A DNA stretch of 24,000 nt from Hyphomicrobiales bacterium (GCA_022361215.1 JAKSBI010000368.1:6579-30578), one strand, 5' to 3'. Numbered from the stretch's first letter, positions 7,553 through 16,489 are shown. Notes: generated by a model from the letters alone, not told the origin. Numbers and translations are program-made.

Positions 7553-9403
7553 ATGGCAACACTGCAATCCGAAGCAGAGACAGGAACGGAGAAGGGTGTG
7601 CCGGCGTCCGACGCGCTTGAGGACGTTAAGCGCGAGGAGGCTGCCGCACGTCGACGCTCGCTGCGGCCACTCGTTGTGTTCTGGCCCTATCTGGCGCGCT
7701 ACCGGGCTATGCTGGCCGTCACCCTGGTCGCGCTGCTCATGGCGGCCGGCGCGACGCTGGCGGTGCCGATGGCCGTGCGCCGCATGATCGATCTCGGGTT
7801 TTCGGCAGAGAACGCTGCCTTCATCGACCAGTACTTTGCGATGATGCTTGCCGTCGGACTCGTCCTGGCGGTCTCGAGCGCGGCGCGTTTCTATTGCGTC
7901 AACTGGCTCGGCGAGCGTCTTGTTGCCGATCTGCGCCGGGACGTCTTCGCTCACCTAACACGGCTGAGCCCCGCCTTCTTCGAGAAAACGCATTCGGGTG
8001 AGGTCATGTCGCGCCTGACCGCCGACACGACCCAGATGAAGACGGCGGTGGGCGTGGCCGCTTCGCAGACGCTGCGCAATTTCGTGCTGATGGTCGGCGC
8101 GGTGGCCATGATGATCATCACCAGCGCGAAGCTCTCCGCGCTCGTGCTCGTCGCCATTCCCGTGATCGTGCTGCCGCTCGTCGCTTATGGCCGGTCCGTG
8201 CGCCAACTCTCGCGGCGGGCGCAGGACACGCTCGCCGATGCGTCCGCCTATGCTGCCGAAAATCTCGCGGCGGTTCGCACCATGCAGGCGTTCACCCATG
8301 AGAGGTCAGCGGTTGGCCGCTTCACCGGCGCCGTCGAGCGCTCTTTCGATGCCGCCCGAGAGCGCATGCGCGCGCGCGCCGGCTTGACGGCGCTGGCCAT
8401 CTTCCTGGTCTTTGGAAGCATCATCGGCATTCTCTGGTATGGCGCCCAGGAGGTACTGGCGGGCACGATGAGCGGCGGTCGCCTTGGACAATTCGTGCTC
8501 TATGCCGCTCTGGCGGCTGCGGCCATGGGCGAGCTCAGCCAGGTTTGGGGAGAGATCCAGCAGGCCGTCGGTGCCGCCGAGCGCCTGTCGGAGCTGTTGA
8601 ACGCGCGATCCGCTATCGCGTCTCCTGAAAAGCCGAAAGCGCTGCCGAAGCCGGCGGAAGGACGCATCGCCTTTGAGAATGTCAGCTTCTCCTATCCGTC
8701 TCGCACGGACGTGATCGCTCTCGATGGCATCTCGTTCAAGGTGGAACCCGGTGAGACCCTTGCCATCGTCGGGCCATCGGGCAGCGGCAAGAGCACGATC
8801 TTCAGCCTGCTTCTGCGCTTCTACGACCCCGATGCGGGAGAGGTCCGGGTCGACGGCGTTCCGGCGAACGAGGCCGATCTGGATGAGCTGCGTTGCCGCA
8901 TGGCGCTGGTTCCGCAGGAGACGGCTCTCTTTGCGGAGACGGTGGCCGGGAACATCCGTTACGGCGCGCCCGGCGCGAGCGAGGAGGCCGTGCGGGAGGC
9001 GTCGCGGGCCGCGCTGGCGGACACGTTCGTCTCGGACCTGCCCCAGGGCTACGACACCGAGCTAGGGGAGCGCGGCGCGACGCTGTCAGGTGGCCAGCGC
9101 CAGCGCCTTGCCATCGCCCGCGCGGTTCTGCGCAATGCCCCCATTCTGCTTCTGGACGAGGCGACCAGCGCCCTGGATACCGAAAGCGAGAAACTGGTGC
9201 AGGCGGCACTCGACCATGTCATGGAGGGCCGCACCACGCTGGTCATCGCGCATCGGCTCTCCACCGTGCTTCGGGCCGACCGTATCCTGGTGCTGAGCGG
9301 AGGCCGGATCGTGGAGCAGGGAACGCATCGGAGCCTCATGGAAAAGGGTGGCGTCTATGCGCGTCTGGCCGAGTTGCAGTTCGATGTCAGCGCCGAGGTC
9401 TGA
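7553..9403 (+). CDS. ABCB-type exporter, fused transmembrane and ATP-binding domains (MsbA/Atm1-like half transporter); substrate unknown
   Basis: Track ORF 7532-9403 (TTG) trimmed to ATG 7553. The N-terminal six-TM-type domain is followed by Walker A GPSGSGKST, Q-loop, ABC signature LSGGQRQRLAIARA, Walker B ILLLDEATSALD, and H-loop IAHRLST. Confidence 0.9.
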   Translation: MATLQSEAETGTEKGVPASDALEDVKREEAAARRRSLRPLVVFWPYLARYRAMLAVTLVALLMAAGATLAVPMAVRRMIDLGFSAENAAFIDQYFAMMLAVGLVLAVSSAARFYCVNWLGERLVADLRRDVFAHLTRLSPAFFEKTHSGEVMSRLTADTTQMKTAVGVAASQTLRNFVLMVGAVAMMIITSAKLSALVLVAIPVIVLPLVAYGRSVRQLSRRAQDTLADASAYAAENLAAVRTMQAFTHERSAVGRFTGAVERSFDAARERMRARAGLTALAIFLVFGSIIGILWYGAQEVLAGTMSGGRLGQFVLYAALAAAAMGELSQVWGEIQQAVGAAERLSELLNARSAIASPEKPKALPKPAEGRIAFENVSFSYPSRTDVIALDGISFKVEPGETLAIVGPSGSGKSTIFSLLLRFYDPDAGEVRVDGVPANEADLDELRCRMALVPQETALFAETVAGNIRYGAPGASEEAVREASRAALADTFVSDLPQGYDTELGERGATLSGGQRQRLAIARAVLRNAPILLLDEATSALDTESEKLVQAALDHVMEGRTTLVIAHRLSTVLRADRILVLSGGRIVEQGTHRSLMEKGGVYARLAELQFDVSAEV

Positions 9404-9442
9404 CGAGCCTTGGTCCAGGCAGGCCAGGGACCGGGACAAGGC

Positions 9443-9946
9443 ATGATTGTGCTCAGAGTTGCCACGCCGGACGATCTCCCGTGGATCATGACGCAGGAGC
9501 GCCGGCCGGAGTTTGCCGCCTACATCCACCGCTCCAGCGAAGCGCAGCATCGCCAGCGGATGTCCGATCCGGACCGGGTCTATCTCATCGCCGAGGATGA
9601 GAACGGCATCGGCAGGGGCTTTGTCCTGCTGGCGGGGCGGCAGGCAGGAGAGGGCGGGATCGAGCTGGCGCGCATGGCCGTGACCGAGCCCGGTCAGGGC
9701 CTCGGCGCCGCGTTGCTGTCGGCACTGATCGATTGGATCATGAATGAGCTCGAGCCGACACGGATCTGGCTCGACGTGTTCGAGGACAACGAACGGGCGC
9801 GGCGCGCCTACCGGAGAGCCGGCTTCGTGGAAACCGGTCGCCTGCCCGACCCGGTCGAGCGGCCGGATGGCACGGCGGCGCATCTCTTGCTGATGGACTA
9901 CCGCCCCGACACGTCGGACGGTCCGGCTATTTCTCGGTCAGCTTGA
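9443..9946 (+). CDS. GNAT family N-acetyltransferase
   Basis: Track ORF 9410-9946 (TTG) trimmed to ATG 9443 (MIVLRVATPDDL). Acetyl-CoA binding motif A-like QGLGAALLSALI, and C-terminal NERARRAYRRAGF typical of GNAT. Confidence 0.8.
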   Translation: MIVLRVATPDDLPWIMTQERRPEFAAYIHRSSEAQHRQRMSDPDRVYLIAEDENGIGRGFVLLAGRQAGEGGIELARMAVTEPGQGLGAALLSALIDWIMNELEPTRIWLDVFEDNERARRAYRRAGFVETGRLPDPVERPDGTAAHLLLMDYRPDTSDGPAISRSA

Positions 9947-10955
9947 GCTCGATGCGCCGGTTGCGTCTGAGGCCCTCTGCGGACGTGGCCGTATCGAGCG
10001 GCTGGAATTCGCCGAAACCGGCCGCGACCAAGCGCTTGGCCGGGACGCCCTTGCTGATCAGATGCCGCACGACCGAGATGGCACGCGCCGAAGACAGCTC
10101 CCAGTTCGACGGGAACTGGGCCGTGGCGATCGGGTTGACGTCGGTGTGTCCATCGATCCGCAGTACCCAGTTGAGCTCCGAAGGGATCTCGCCCTCGATC
10201 TGACTGAGGACCTGGGCCAGCTTGTCGAGCTGGGCGATTCCCTGCGGATTGATCTCGGCCGAGCCTGAGTCGAACAGCACCTCGGCCTGGAAGACGAAGC
10301 GGTCGCCGACGACCCGGATCTCGTCACGGTCGCCCAACACCTCGCGAAGGCGTCCGAAGAAGTCGGAGCGATACTTGGCCAGCTCCTGTACCTTACGGGC
10401 CAGCGCAATATTCAGCCGCCGCCCCAGGTCGGCAATTTGGGTCTGGCTCTCGCGATCGCGCTTCTCGGAGGCGTCGAGCGCCTCCTCGAGGGCGGCGATC
10501 TGGCGTCTGAGTGCCGCGAGCTGCTGGTTGAGGAGCTCGACCCGCGCCAGCGCTTCGGTGCTGATCGTCTTCTGTTCGTCGAGCTCGGAGCTGAGTGCGC
10601 GGACGCGGCCTGCCGCCTCGTCCGATTTGTCGCCGGCCGCGCCGAGCAGGCCCTGCAGCCGCGTGTTCTCGGCCTGGGCCGACGATAGCGTCGCGGTGAG
10701 TGCCGCGACCTCGTCCTGCAGCGATTTCTTGCCCGAGCGCTCGAGCGCCAGCAGCTCCGTCAACTGAGCGATCTGCCGGTTCAGGCGCTCCAGCGCCGTA
10801 TCCTTGCCGCTCGACTCCAGGGTGACGAAATGCTGCACGAGCATGAAAACGGAGAGCAGGAAGGTCACGACCAGCAGCAGGGTCGCCATGGCGTCCACGA
10901 AGCCCGGCCAATGATCGGCTCCGAAGCCGCGCCGGTGTGATCGCGCCCAGGCCAT
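9927..10955 (-). CDS. MotB/OmpA-like protein: N-terminal TM with conserved Asp, ~170-190 aa coiled coil, C-terminal OmpA-type peptidoglycan-binding domain
   Basis: 342 aa. The TM segment WPGFVDAMATLLLVVTFLLSVF carries D21 in the MotB/PomB-like position. It is followed by heptad-rich, Q/L/E/A-rich sequence (LNRQIAQLTELLALE...LNQQLAALRRQIAALEEALD). The OmpA-like C-terminus is GHTD...FPSNWELSSARAISVVRHL...GFGEFQP...NRRIELKL. The start lies 3 nt after the stop of the upstream MotA-like gene. Confidence 0.85.
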   Translation of the reverse strand: MAWARSHRRGFGADHWPGFVDAMATLLLVVTFLLSVFMLVQHFVTLESSGKDTALERLNRQIAQLTELLALERSGKKSLQDEVAALTATLSSAQAENTRLQGLLGAAGDKSDEAAGRVRALSSELDEQKTISTEALARVELLNQQLAALRRQIAALEEALDASEKRDRESQTQIADLGRRLNIALARKVQELAKYRSDFFGRLREVLGDRDEIRVVGDRFVFQAEVLFDSGSAEINPQGIAQLDKLAQVLSQIEGEIPSELNWVLRIDGHTDVNPIATAQFPSNWELSSARAISVVRHLISKGVPAKRLVAAGFGEFQPLDTATSAEGLRRNRRIELKLTEK

Positions 10956-10958
10956 GGG

Positions 10959-12017
10959 TTAGCTGCCCTTTCCCCCGACCTTGTTGGGCAGGTTCGCCTT
11001 CTCGGAGATGTCCTTGAGCACTGTCGCCAGCTCCTGCTGTTGCTGCGCCTGCTCGTCGACCCATTCGCGCACTACCCGTTGCTCGGCACGCATCTGCTTG
11101 ATCAGTTTTTCGACGCCGCCAGCAAGGTCCTTTACCGCCTCGCCGGAGTTGTCATTGAGAAAGCCCATCTCGATCTTGTTGCCGAGATCGGCGATGGACC
11201 GTTGCATATCGAGGAGGGCGAAGCGCAGCTGCTGGGGCGAGCCCGAGGTGTGGGCGTCGCCGGCCTGCAGCTCGGTGATGCTGGAAAGCCAGTCCTCCAG
11301 CTCGTTGTAGAAGCGGTTCTGCGCCTGGCTGGCCTGCAGGTCCAGAAATCCGAGCACCAGCGACCCTGCAAGGCCGAAGAGCGACGAGGAAAACGCCGTG
11401 CCCATGCCGCGCAGCGGGGCTTCGAGACCGGTTTTCAATTCTTCGAAGACCACCAGGCTGTCCGTCGTTCCGGCGCCGAGCGTCCCGATCGTGCGGCCGA
11501 CCGAATTGATCGTCTCGAGCAATCCCCAGAACGTGCCCAACAGACCGAGAAAGATCAGCAGACCGACCAGATAGCGCGAGATATCGCGCGCCTCGTCGAG
11601 CCGCGAGCCGATCGAATCCAATATCGAGCGCATGGCCAGCGTCGACAGGGAGACCTGTCCGGTGCGGTCGCGCAGCATGGTCGCCATGGGCGCCAGCAGC
11701 TTCGGTGGTCGGTCGACGGTCAGCCCGGGATCTGCGATCCGGAAGCTGTTTACCCAGCGGATCTCGGGATAAAGGCGCAGTATCTGGCGAAAGGCATAGG
11801 CGATTCCGATGAACAGCACGCCCAGGATCAAGCCGTTCAATCCCGGATTGGCCAGAAAGGCCTGCCACACCTGTGCATATAGGATGGCCGCCAGGAACGA
11901 GACGAGGATCAGAAAAAGAACGATCCGCCACAGATAGACTTGCGGCTTGGTCAAAGATTGTTGGACCGGATTGGGCGCCATCAGAGTTCGCTGGTTTGCT
12001 GCAGGATCAGTAGACAC
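10959..12017 (-). CDS. MotA/TolQ/ExbB-family proton-channel protein with ~115-aa helical C-terminal tail
   Basis: 352 aa if the GTG at 12017 is the start; ATG at 11981 is the alternative, and neither has a clear SD. It has four predicted TM segments with a ~80-aa cytoplasmic loop between TM2 and TM3. TM3/TM4 carry the family pattern LIFLGLLGTFWGLLETI and GTAFSSSLFGLAGSLV. The C-terminal tail is charged and helical (RAEQRVVREWVDEQAQQQQELATVLKD). Confidence 0.85.
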   Translation of the reverse strand: MSTDPAANQRTLMAPNPVQQSLTKPQVYLWRIVLFLILVSFLAAILYAQVWQAFLANPGLNGLILGVLFIGIAYAFRQILRLYPEIRWVNSFRIADPGLTVDRPPKLLAPMATMLRDRTGQVSLSTLAMRSILDSIGSRLDEARDISRYLVGLLIFLGLLGTFWGLLETINSVGRTIGTLGAGTTDSLVVFEELKTGLEAPLRGMGTAFSSSLFGLAGSLVLGFLDLQASQAQNRFYNELEDWLSSITELQAGDAHTSGSPQQLRFALLDMQRSIADLGNKIEMGFLNDNSGEAVKDLAGGVEKLIKQMRAEQRVVREWVDEQAQQQQELATVLKDISEKANLPNKVGGKGS

Positions 12018-12316
12018 TCACGCCACGCCTTGTCCCTTTGGGGTCCTGCACGCTTTGGCCGTTATCTCGCCGCAGATGCCAGAAGACCCTGCGGCCGGTT
12101 CCGAGCCCTCGCGCCACCAGTTGCGCCCGGGGTTTCGCCCAATTCCCATGACCGTTGATATAGGCCAAATTCGCAAAACTGGCATCCGCAAAGTGACAGT
12201 TCGCGCGCCCTACCTCGTTTCGAGCACGAGTTCGACCACGCGCCATGGAACATTAGCGGATTAGTTTGACTTGAAAAACGGCAACTTCATGCCCCGGACA
12301 AGATCGATGTCCGGAT

Positions 12317-13117
12317 TCAAGCTGCAGCGGCGCCTCGGCCCAGTATCGGTAGGAGGCCGCCATGCACGGTTTCGTTGCCGGCAAGGACCGCGCCGGTCTC
12401 CAGCATTCTTTGCCCCCCCTCGGGATCCGAGACGAAGCCGCCGGCCTCGCGAACGAGCACGATGCCGGCCGCCATGTCCCAGGCCTGAATGCCGCGCTCC
12501 CAGTAGCCGTCGAAACGCCCTGCCGCGACCCAGGCCAGATCGATGGCGGCCGATCCGGTCCGCCGGATGCCGACCACATGGGGCATGACCTGTGCGCAGT
12601 CGCGCAGGCCGTCTTCCGCGCCGGGCCGCGCGCCGTCGGGATTGCCGGTGGTCACCAGGCAGTCCTTCAGCTCGCGCCGGGCCGTCACCCTGATGCGCCG
12701 GTCGTTGAGAAAGGCGCCCTTGCCCTTTTCCGCCGTGAAGGTCTCGTCGCTGACCGGATTGTAGACGAGCCCGGCCACCAGCTCGCCGTCGCGCTCCAGC
12801 GCCACCGAAATGGCGAACAGGGGATTGGAATGCAGGAAGTTGGTGGTCCCATCGAGGGGGTCGATGATCCAGCGATGGGTCTTGTCGGCGCCGTCGACCG
12901 AGCCGCGCTCCTCCATGAGAAAACCATATCCGGGGCGCGCTCGTGCAAGCTCGTCATGCAGGATCTGCTCGGCGCGAAGATCGGCCGCGCTCACGAAATC
13001 GCCCGGCCCCTTGATCGAGACTTGCAGATGCTCGACCTCGCCGAAGTCGCGCGCCAGGCTCCGGCCGGCCTTTCGCGCGGCGGTGACCATGATGTTCATC
13101 AATGCGGAAACCGGCAT
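12317..13117 (-). CDS. suhB: Inositol monophosphatase family protein (SuhB-like)
   Basis: 266 aa. Motifs: FLMEE (metal-binding Glu), WIIDPLDGTTNF, and WDMAAG. The family call is confident. The gene symbol rests on family and synteny convention only. Confidence 0.88.
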   Translation of the reverse strand: MPVSALMNIMVTAARKAGRSLARDFGEVEHLQVSIKGPGDFVSAADLRAEQILHDELARARPGYGFLMEERGSVDGADKTHRWIIDPLDGTTNFLHSNPLFAISVALERDGELVAGLVYNPVSDETFTAEKGKGAFLNDRRIRVTARRELKDCLVTTGNPDGARPGAEDGLRDCAQVMPHVVGIRRTGSAAIDLAWVAAGRFDGYWERGIQAWDMAAGIVLVREAGGFVSDPEGGQRMLETGAVLAGNETVHGGLLPILGRGAAAA

Positions 13118-13165
13118 CGGACGTGGCCTTTCGTTGCAATGCCACCGAGCCTTCGAGAGGCGGCG

Positions 13166-13729
13166 TCAGTCTGCGCGGCGGACGTAGGTGATCTCGTTGG
13201 TGTCGACGACGATCTTCTCGCCGGTCTCCACGAAGGGCGGAACCATGACCCGAACGCCATTGTCCATGACAGCGGGCTTGTAGGACGAGGCCGCCGTCTG
13301 GCCCTTGACGACGGGCTCGGCCTCGACGACCTCCAGCGTCACCTGGTCCGGCAGGGAAATGCCGATCGGCTTGCCCTCGTGGCTCTCGAGCGTCACCTGC
13401 ATGCCATCCTGTAGAAATGCGGCACGGTCGCCCACGAATTCGTTCGGCAGCTGAATCTGCTCGTAGCTGTCCAGATCCATGAACACCAGCATATCCCCGT
13501 CGGCATAGAGAAACTGGTGATCCTTCTGTTCGAGACGGACACGCTCGACCGTCTCGGACGACCGGAAGCGTTCGTTGAGCTTGGTGCCGTCGATCAGGTT
13601 CTTCAGCTCGACCTGAGCGAAGGCGCCGCCCTTGCCGGGTTTGACATGCTGGATCTTGACCGCCGCCCACAGCCCGCCCTTGTGCTCGATCACATTGCCG
13701 GGCCGAATTTCGTTGCCGTTAATCTTCAT
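13166..13729 (-). CDS. efp: Translation elongation factor P
   Basis: 187 aa: [45 protein letters not shown]..., with the canonical EF-P loop KPGKG (Lys33 at the tip). Confidence 0.95.
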   Translation of the reverse strand: MKINGNEIRPGNVIEHKGGLWAAVKIQHVKPGKGGAFAQVELKNLIDGTKLNERFRSSETVERVRLEQKDHQFLYADGDMLVFMDLDSYEQIQLPNEFVGDRAAFLQDGMQVTLESHEGKPIGISLPDQVTLEVVEAEPVVKGQTAASSYKPAVMDNGVRVMVPPFVETGEKIVVDTNEITYVRRAD

Positions 13730-13837
13730 CCGATGCGTCTTGTCTTGTGCGCCGCCAAAGACGCCGCTGCCACTGCGAAGCGTTGCCGCACGAGATAAAT
13801 CATGATGGGCGGGGCGGCAAGCCGTTCGACGCGCCGT

Positions 13838-14758
13838 CTAACGCAACGCCCGTTGCGTGCTCCAGTCCTCGGCGGCCTTCTCGGCTGCAAGGCGTTGCGC
13901 CTCGGTGAGCTTGCTCAACATGAAATCGAGTTGGAAGTCGCTCACTCCGGCAGCGCGGGCCAGCATGTGCCACTTGGCAGCCTCCATCATGTCCGCCTTG
14001 AGCGCCACGCCGTGGGCATAGAGGCGTGCCAGGCGGTTCTGGGCGACGGGATTGCCTTTGCCAGCGGCGGATTTCAGGTAGAAGGCCGCTCTGTCCTGGT
14101 CCTTGGCGACGCCGCGGCCTTTGAAGAGCATGATGGCATATTCGAGCTCGGCGGCGCTGAGCCCGGCATCGGCCGCGCGGCGCGTCCATTCGGCCGATTT
14201 GCGCAGATCGCGGCCGACGCCCTTGCCGTCGGCATAGAGCGCGCCGAGGTCGTACTGTGCCTGAACGTTGCCCTGCTCGGCTGCCTTGGTCAGCCAGTGT
14301 GCAGCCTCTTTCAGATCCTGCTTGCGTACGCGGCCGTCGATATAGACCAGGGCCAGATTGTACTGGGCGGTTGCATGCCCCTTTTCGGCCGCCGTCTCGA
14401 AGAGCTTCGCGGCGCGAACGCGGTCTTTTCCGATGCCGCGTCCTTCGGTCAGCAAGAGAGCCAGGGCAAACTGAGCGTTGACGTCGCCCAGCTTGGCACC
14501 CTTCTCGTACCAGGTCGCGGCTTTGCTGTAGTTGCGCGCCACGCCCAGGCCCCTCGAATAGATCTCTCCGATCAGCGTATGCGCTTCGGGTTCGCCCCGT
14601 GTGGCCGCCTTCTCCGCCTCCTTCAGCGCCGTCAGGTACTGACCGCGCTCAAAGGCCGCAAAGGCCGGGTCCGAAGGGGCGGCCGTGGCTGCGCCCGCGC
14701 CCGCGGCGAGCACGGCCGTTGCAAGCAGGAGCGTCTTCCAGCCGCAGGAGATGGTCAT
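13838..14758 (-). CDS. Secreted Sel1-like (TPR-related) repeat protein
   Basis: 306 aa. N-terminal signal-like segment KTLLLATAVLAAGAGAATA. About seven repeats of the Sel1 pattern (G.GV..D...A..W..KAA..G...AQ..L). Its ATG overlaps the stop of the upstream gene (ATGA at 14755-14758). Confidence 0.85.
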   Translation of the reverse strand: MTISCGWKTLLLATAVLAAGAGAATAAPSDPAFAAFERGQYLTALKEAEKAATRGEPEAHTLIGEIYSRGLGVARNYSKAATWYEKGAKLGDVNAQFALALLLTEGRGIGKDRVRAAKLFETAAEKGHATAQYNLALVYIDGRVRKQDLKEAAHWLTKAAEQGNVQAQYDLGALYADGKGVGRDLRKSAEWTRRAADAGLSAAELEYAIMLFKGRGVAKDQDRAAFYLKSAAGKGNPVAQNRLARLYAHGVALKADMMEAAKWHMLARAAGVSDFQLDFMLSKLTEAQRLAAEKAAEDWSTQRALR

Positions 14759-15441
14759 GCCGCGGTCCTTGCACGGCTCAGCGAGAGATGCAGTGTGCTG
14801 ATGGCGTCGAACGGGGCCTCGGTCGTAGCGCCCAGGAACCCGTCGCCAATGGCAATGAAGTCAGCGCCCCGCTGCGCAAGCGCGCGGGCCTGTTCCATCG
14901 TGTCGACCTGCGAAGCGACGCAGGGGACCTCGAAGATCTCGGCCCACCAGCCAATCAACTCCTCCTGCGCGCCGTCGAATGCCACATAGTCGGCACCAGC
15001 CTCTGCCATGACCATCGCGGCATGTCGTGACGTGTCGCAACGCGCGCCCACCATGGCGTCTGCGCCAAGCCGCTGTCTCGCGATCTGGTAGGCGCTCTCG
15101 TCCGCATCGATTTCGACACCGTCCGCACCGAGTTCCGCGGCCGCATCGATGTTGTTTTCCAAGAGCACCGGAGTTTCGCGTTCGTGGGCGATGCCGATCA
15201 GGTGACGGGCCAGGTCCGGGTCGATTGGGCTGCCGTGATCGGACTTGAGCAGCAGGCAGGCGACCAGGCCCTGATCAAGGACAGGCTCAAGCCACGCCAC
15301 CAGGCGGCTGTCGGACCTCGGCGAGATCACGAGATAAATGCTGCTGCTCTCCTGCACTTCGCTCACCGCTGATGCGAACGGTGTCCCTTCGACCATGGCC
15401 CCGGGGTCGAAGCGCCGGATGATGTGGCCGATTGCGGCCAA
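14755..15441 (-). CDS. Thiamine-phosphate synthase (ThiE/TenI) family protein; start uncertain
   Basis: The TIM-barrel family pattern includes IYLVISP, LLLKS, ADGVEID, GADYVAF and GADFIAIG. The track start at 15441 is a TTG. ATG at 15396 or a downstream GTG are equally plausible. Confidence 0.7.
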   Translation of the reverse strand: MAAIGHIIRRFDPGAMVEGTPFASAVSEVQESSSIYLVISPRSDSRLVAWLEPVLDQGLVACLLLKSDHGSPIDPDLARHLIGIAHERETPVLLENNIDAAAELGADGVEIDADESAYQIARQRLGADAMVGARCDTSRHAAMVMAEAGADYVAFDGAQEELIGWWAEIFEVPCVASQVDTMEQARALAQRGADFIAIGDGFLGATTEAPFDAISTLHLSLSRARTAA

Positions 15442-15457
15442 AAAACGTCTTGCGGCG

Positions 15458-16489
15458 TCAGGCGGCCTGTTCCAGCTCCGTGTTCCACTGACCCGAGGCC
15501 GCGAGGCCGTTCATTCTGGCACGATGTGCGAAGGCCGACTGGGCCATCGCCTCGTTCTCCGCCTTTCCGCCCCACGCCTTCAGGGCCGCGGCCTGCAAGG
15601 CGCGCCCATAGGAGAAGGACAGGGCCCACGGGCTGTCGAACATCGCATTCATGGCCGAAAGGTGCGCTGTCGCGTCCTCGTCGGATTGCCCGCCCGACAG
15701 GAAACAGATCCCGGGCACCGCGGCCGGAACGGTCCGTTTCAGGCACATGACCGTTTTCTCGGCCACCTCCTGCACGCCGGCCTGGGCCGGGCAGTCGGAC
15801 CCGGACAGAACCATGTTCGGCTTCAGGATCGTGCCTTCGAGCTTCACCCTCTGCTCGTAGAGCGCGGCGTAGACCTCGCGCAATGTGAACTCGGTCACGT
15901 CGAAGCAACGATCGATGTCGTGGTCGCCGTCCATCAGGACTTCGGGCTCGACGATCGGGACGATGTTCGCGTCTTGGGCCAGCGCGGCATAGCGCGCGAG
16001 CGCATGGGCATTGGCGCGAATGCAATAGGCGCTCGGCATCGCGGCGCTGCCCTGCGAGCCGATGGTGATCACGGCGCGCCACTTGGCGAAGCGGGCGCCG
16101 AGCTCGTAGTACTCCGCATAGCGCTCGCGCAGTCCGTCGAGCCCTTCGGTCACCTTCTCCCCGGGAGCGCCGGCCAGATCCTTGGCGCCCTTGTCCACCT
16201 TGATGCCGGGTATGGCGCCCGTGTCCGAGATGATCTGCACCAGCGGCGTGCCGTCCTTGGCTTTCTGGCGCAACGTCTCGTCGAACAGGATGACGCCGGA
16301 GATGTAGTTCCGCATGGCCTCGGTCGAACGGAACAGCATCTCCCGATACGCGCGTCGGTTGTCCTCGGTCGACTCCGTGCCGATAGAGTCGAAGCGCTTC
16401 TTGATGGTGCCGGTGCTTTCATCCGCCGCGAGGATGCCCTTGCCGGCCGTCACCATTGCCTGAGCGACGCTTTCAAGTTGCTCGGTCAT
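15458..16489 (-). CDS. fba: Fructose-bisphosphate aldolase, class I
   Basis: 343 aa with the SD AGGGGAA upstream. Hallmark class I blocks: GKGILAADESTGTIKKRF, GVILFDETL, PGIKVDKG, LKPNMV (Schiff-base Lys region), FLSGGQS, and SFSYGRALQ. Confidence 0.92.
   Translation of the reverse strand: MTEQLESVAQAMVTAGKGILAADESTGTIKKRFDSIGTESTEDNRRAYREMLFRSTEAMRNYISGVILFDETLRQKAKDGTPLVQIISDTGAIPGIKVDKGAKDLAGAPGEKVTEGLDGLRERYAEYYELGARFAKWRAVITIGSQGSAAMPSAYCIRANAHALARYAALAQDANIVPIVEPEVLMDGDHDIDRCFDVTEFTLREVYAALYEQRVKLEGTILKPNMVLSGSDCPAQAGVQEVAEKTVMCLKRTVPAAVPGICFLSGGQSDEDATAHLSAMNAMFDSPWALSFSYGRALQAAALKAWGGKAENEAMAQSAFAHRARMNGLAASGQWNTELEQAA

Noticed and set aside
9927-9946. 20-bp overlap of the convergent 3' ends of the GNAT and MotB-like genes.
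   Set aside because: Short convergent overlaps are common in compact GC-rich genomes. It implies no separate terminator, but nothing beyond that can be supported from sequence.
9927-12017. Calling the MotA/MotB-like pair a Zorya (ZorAB) anti-phage system.
   Set aside because: No ZorC/ZorD or ZorE-like gene is adjacent. The A subunit tail (~115 aa) is far shorter than ZorA tails. The context is conserved housekeeping genes rather than a defence island. I kept it as an unassigned stator-like module instead.
12007-12246. 79-aa reverse-strand ORF upstream of the MotA-like gene. Its segment ANCHFADASFANLAYINGHG superficially resembles three pentapeptide repeats, so it could have been a third component of the stator-like system.
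   Set aside because: There is no SD before its ATG. Third-position GC is clearly lower than in the real genes here. Only about three imperfect repeats are present. It overlaps the MotA-like start in another frame. It is more likely non-coding leader sequence.
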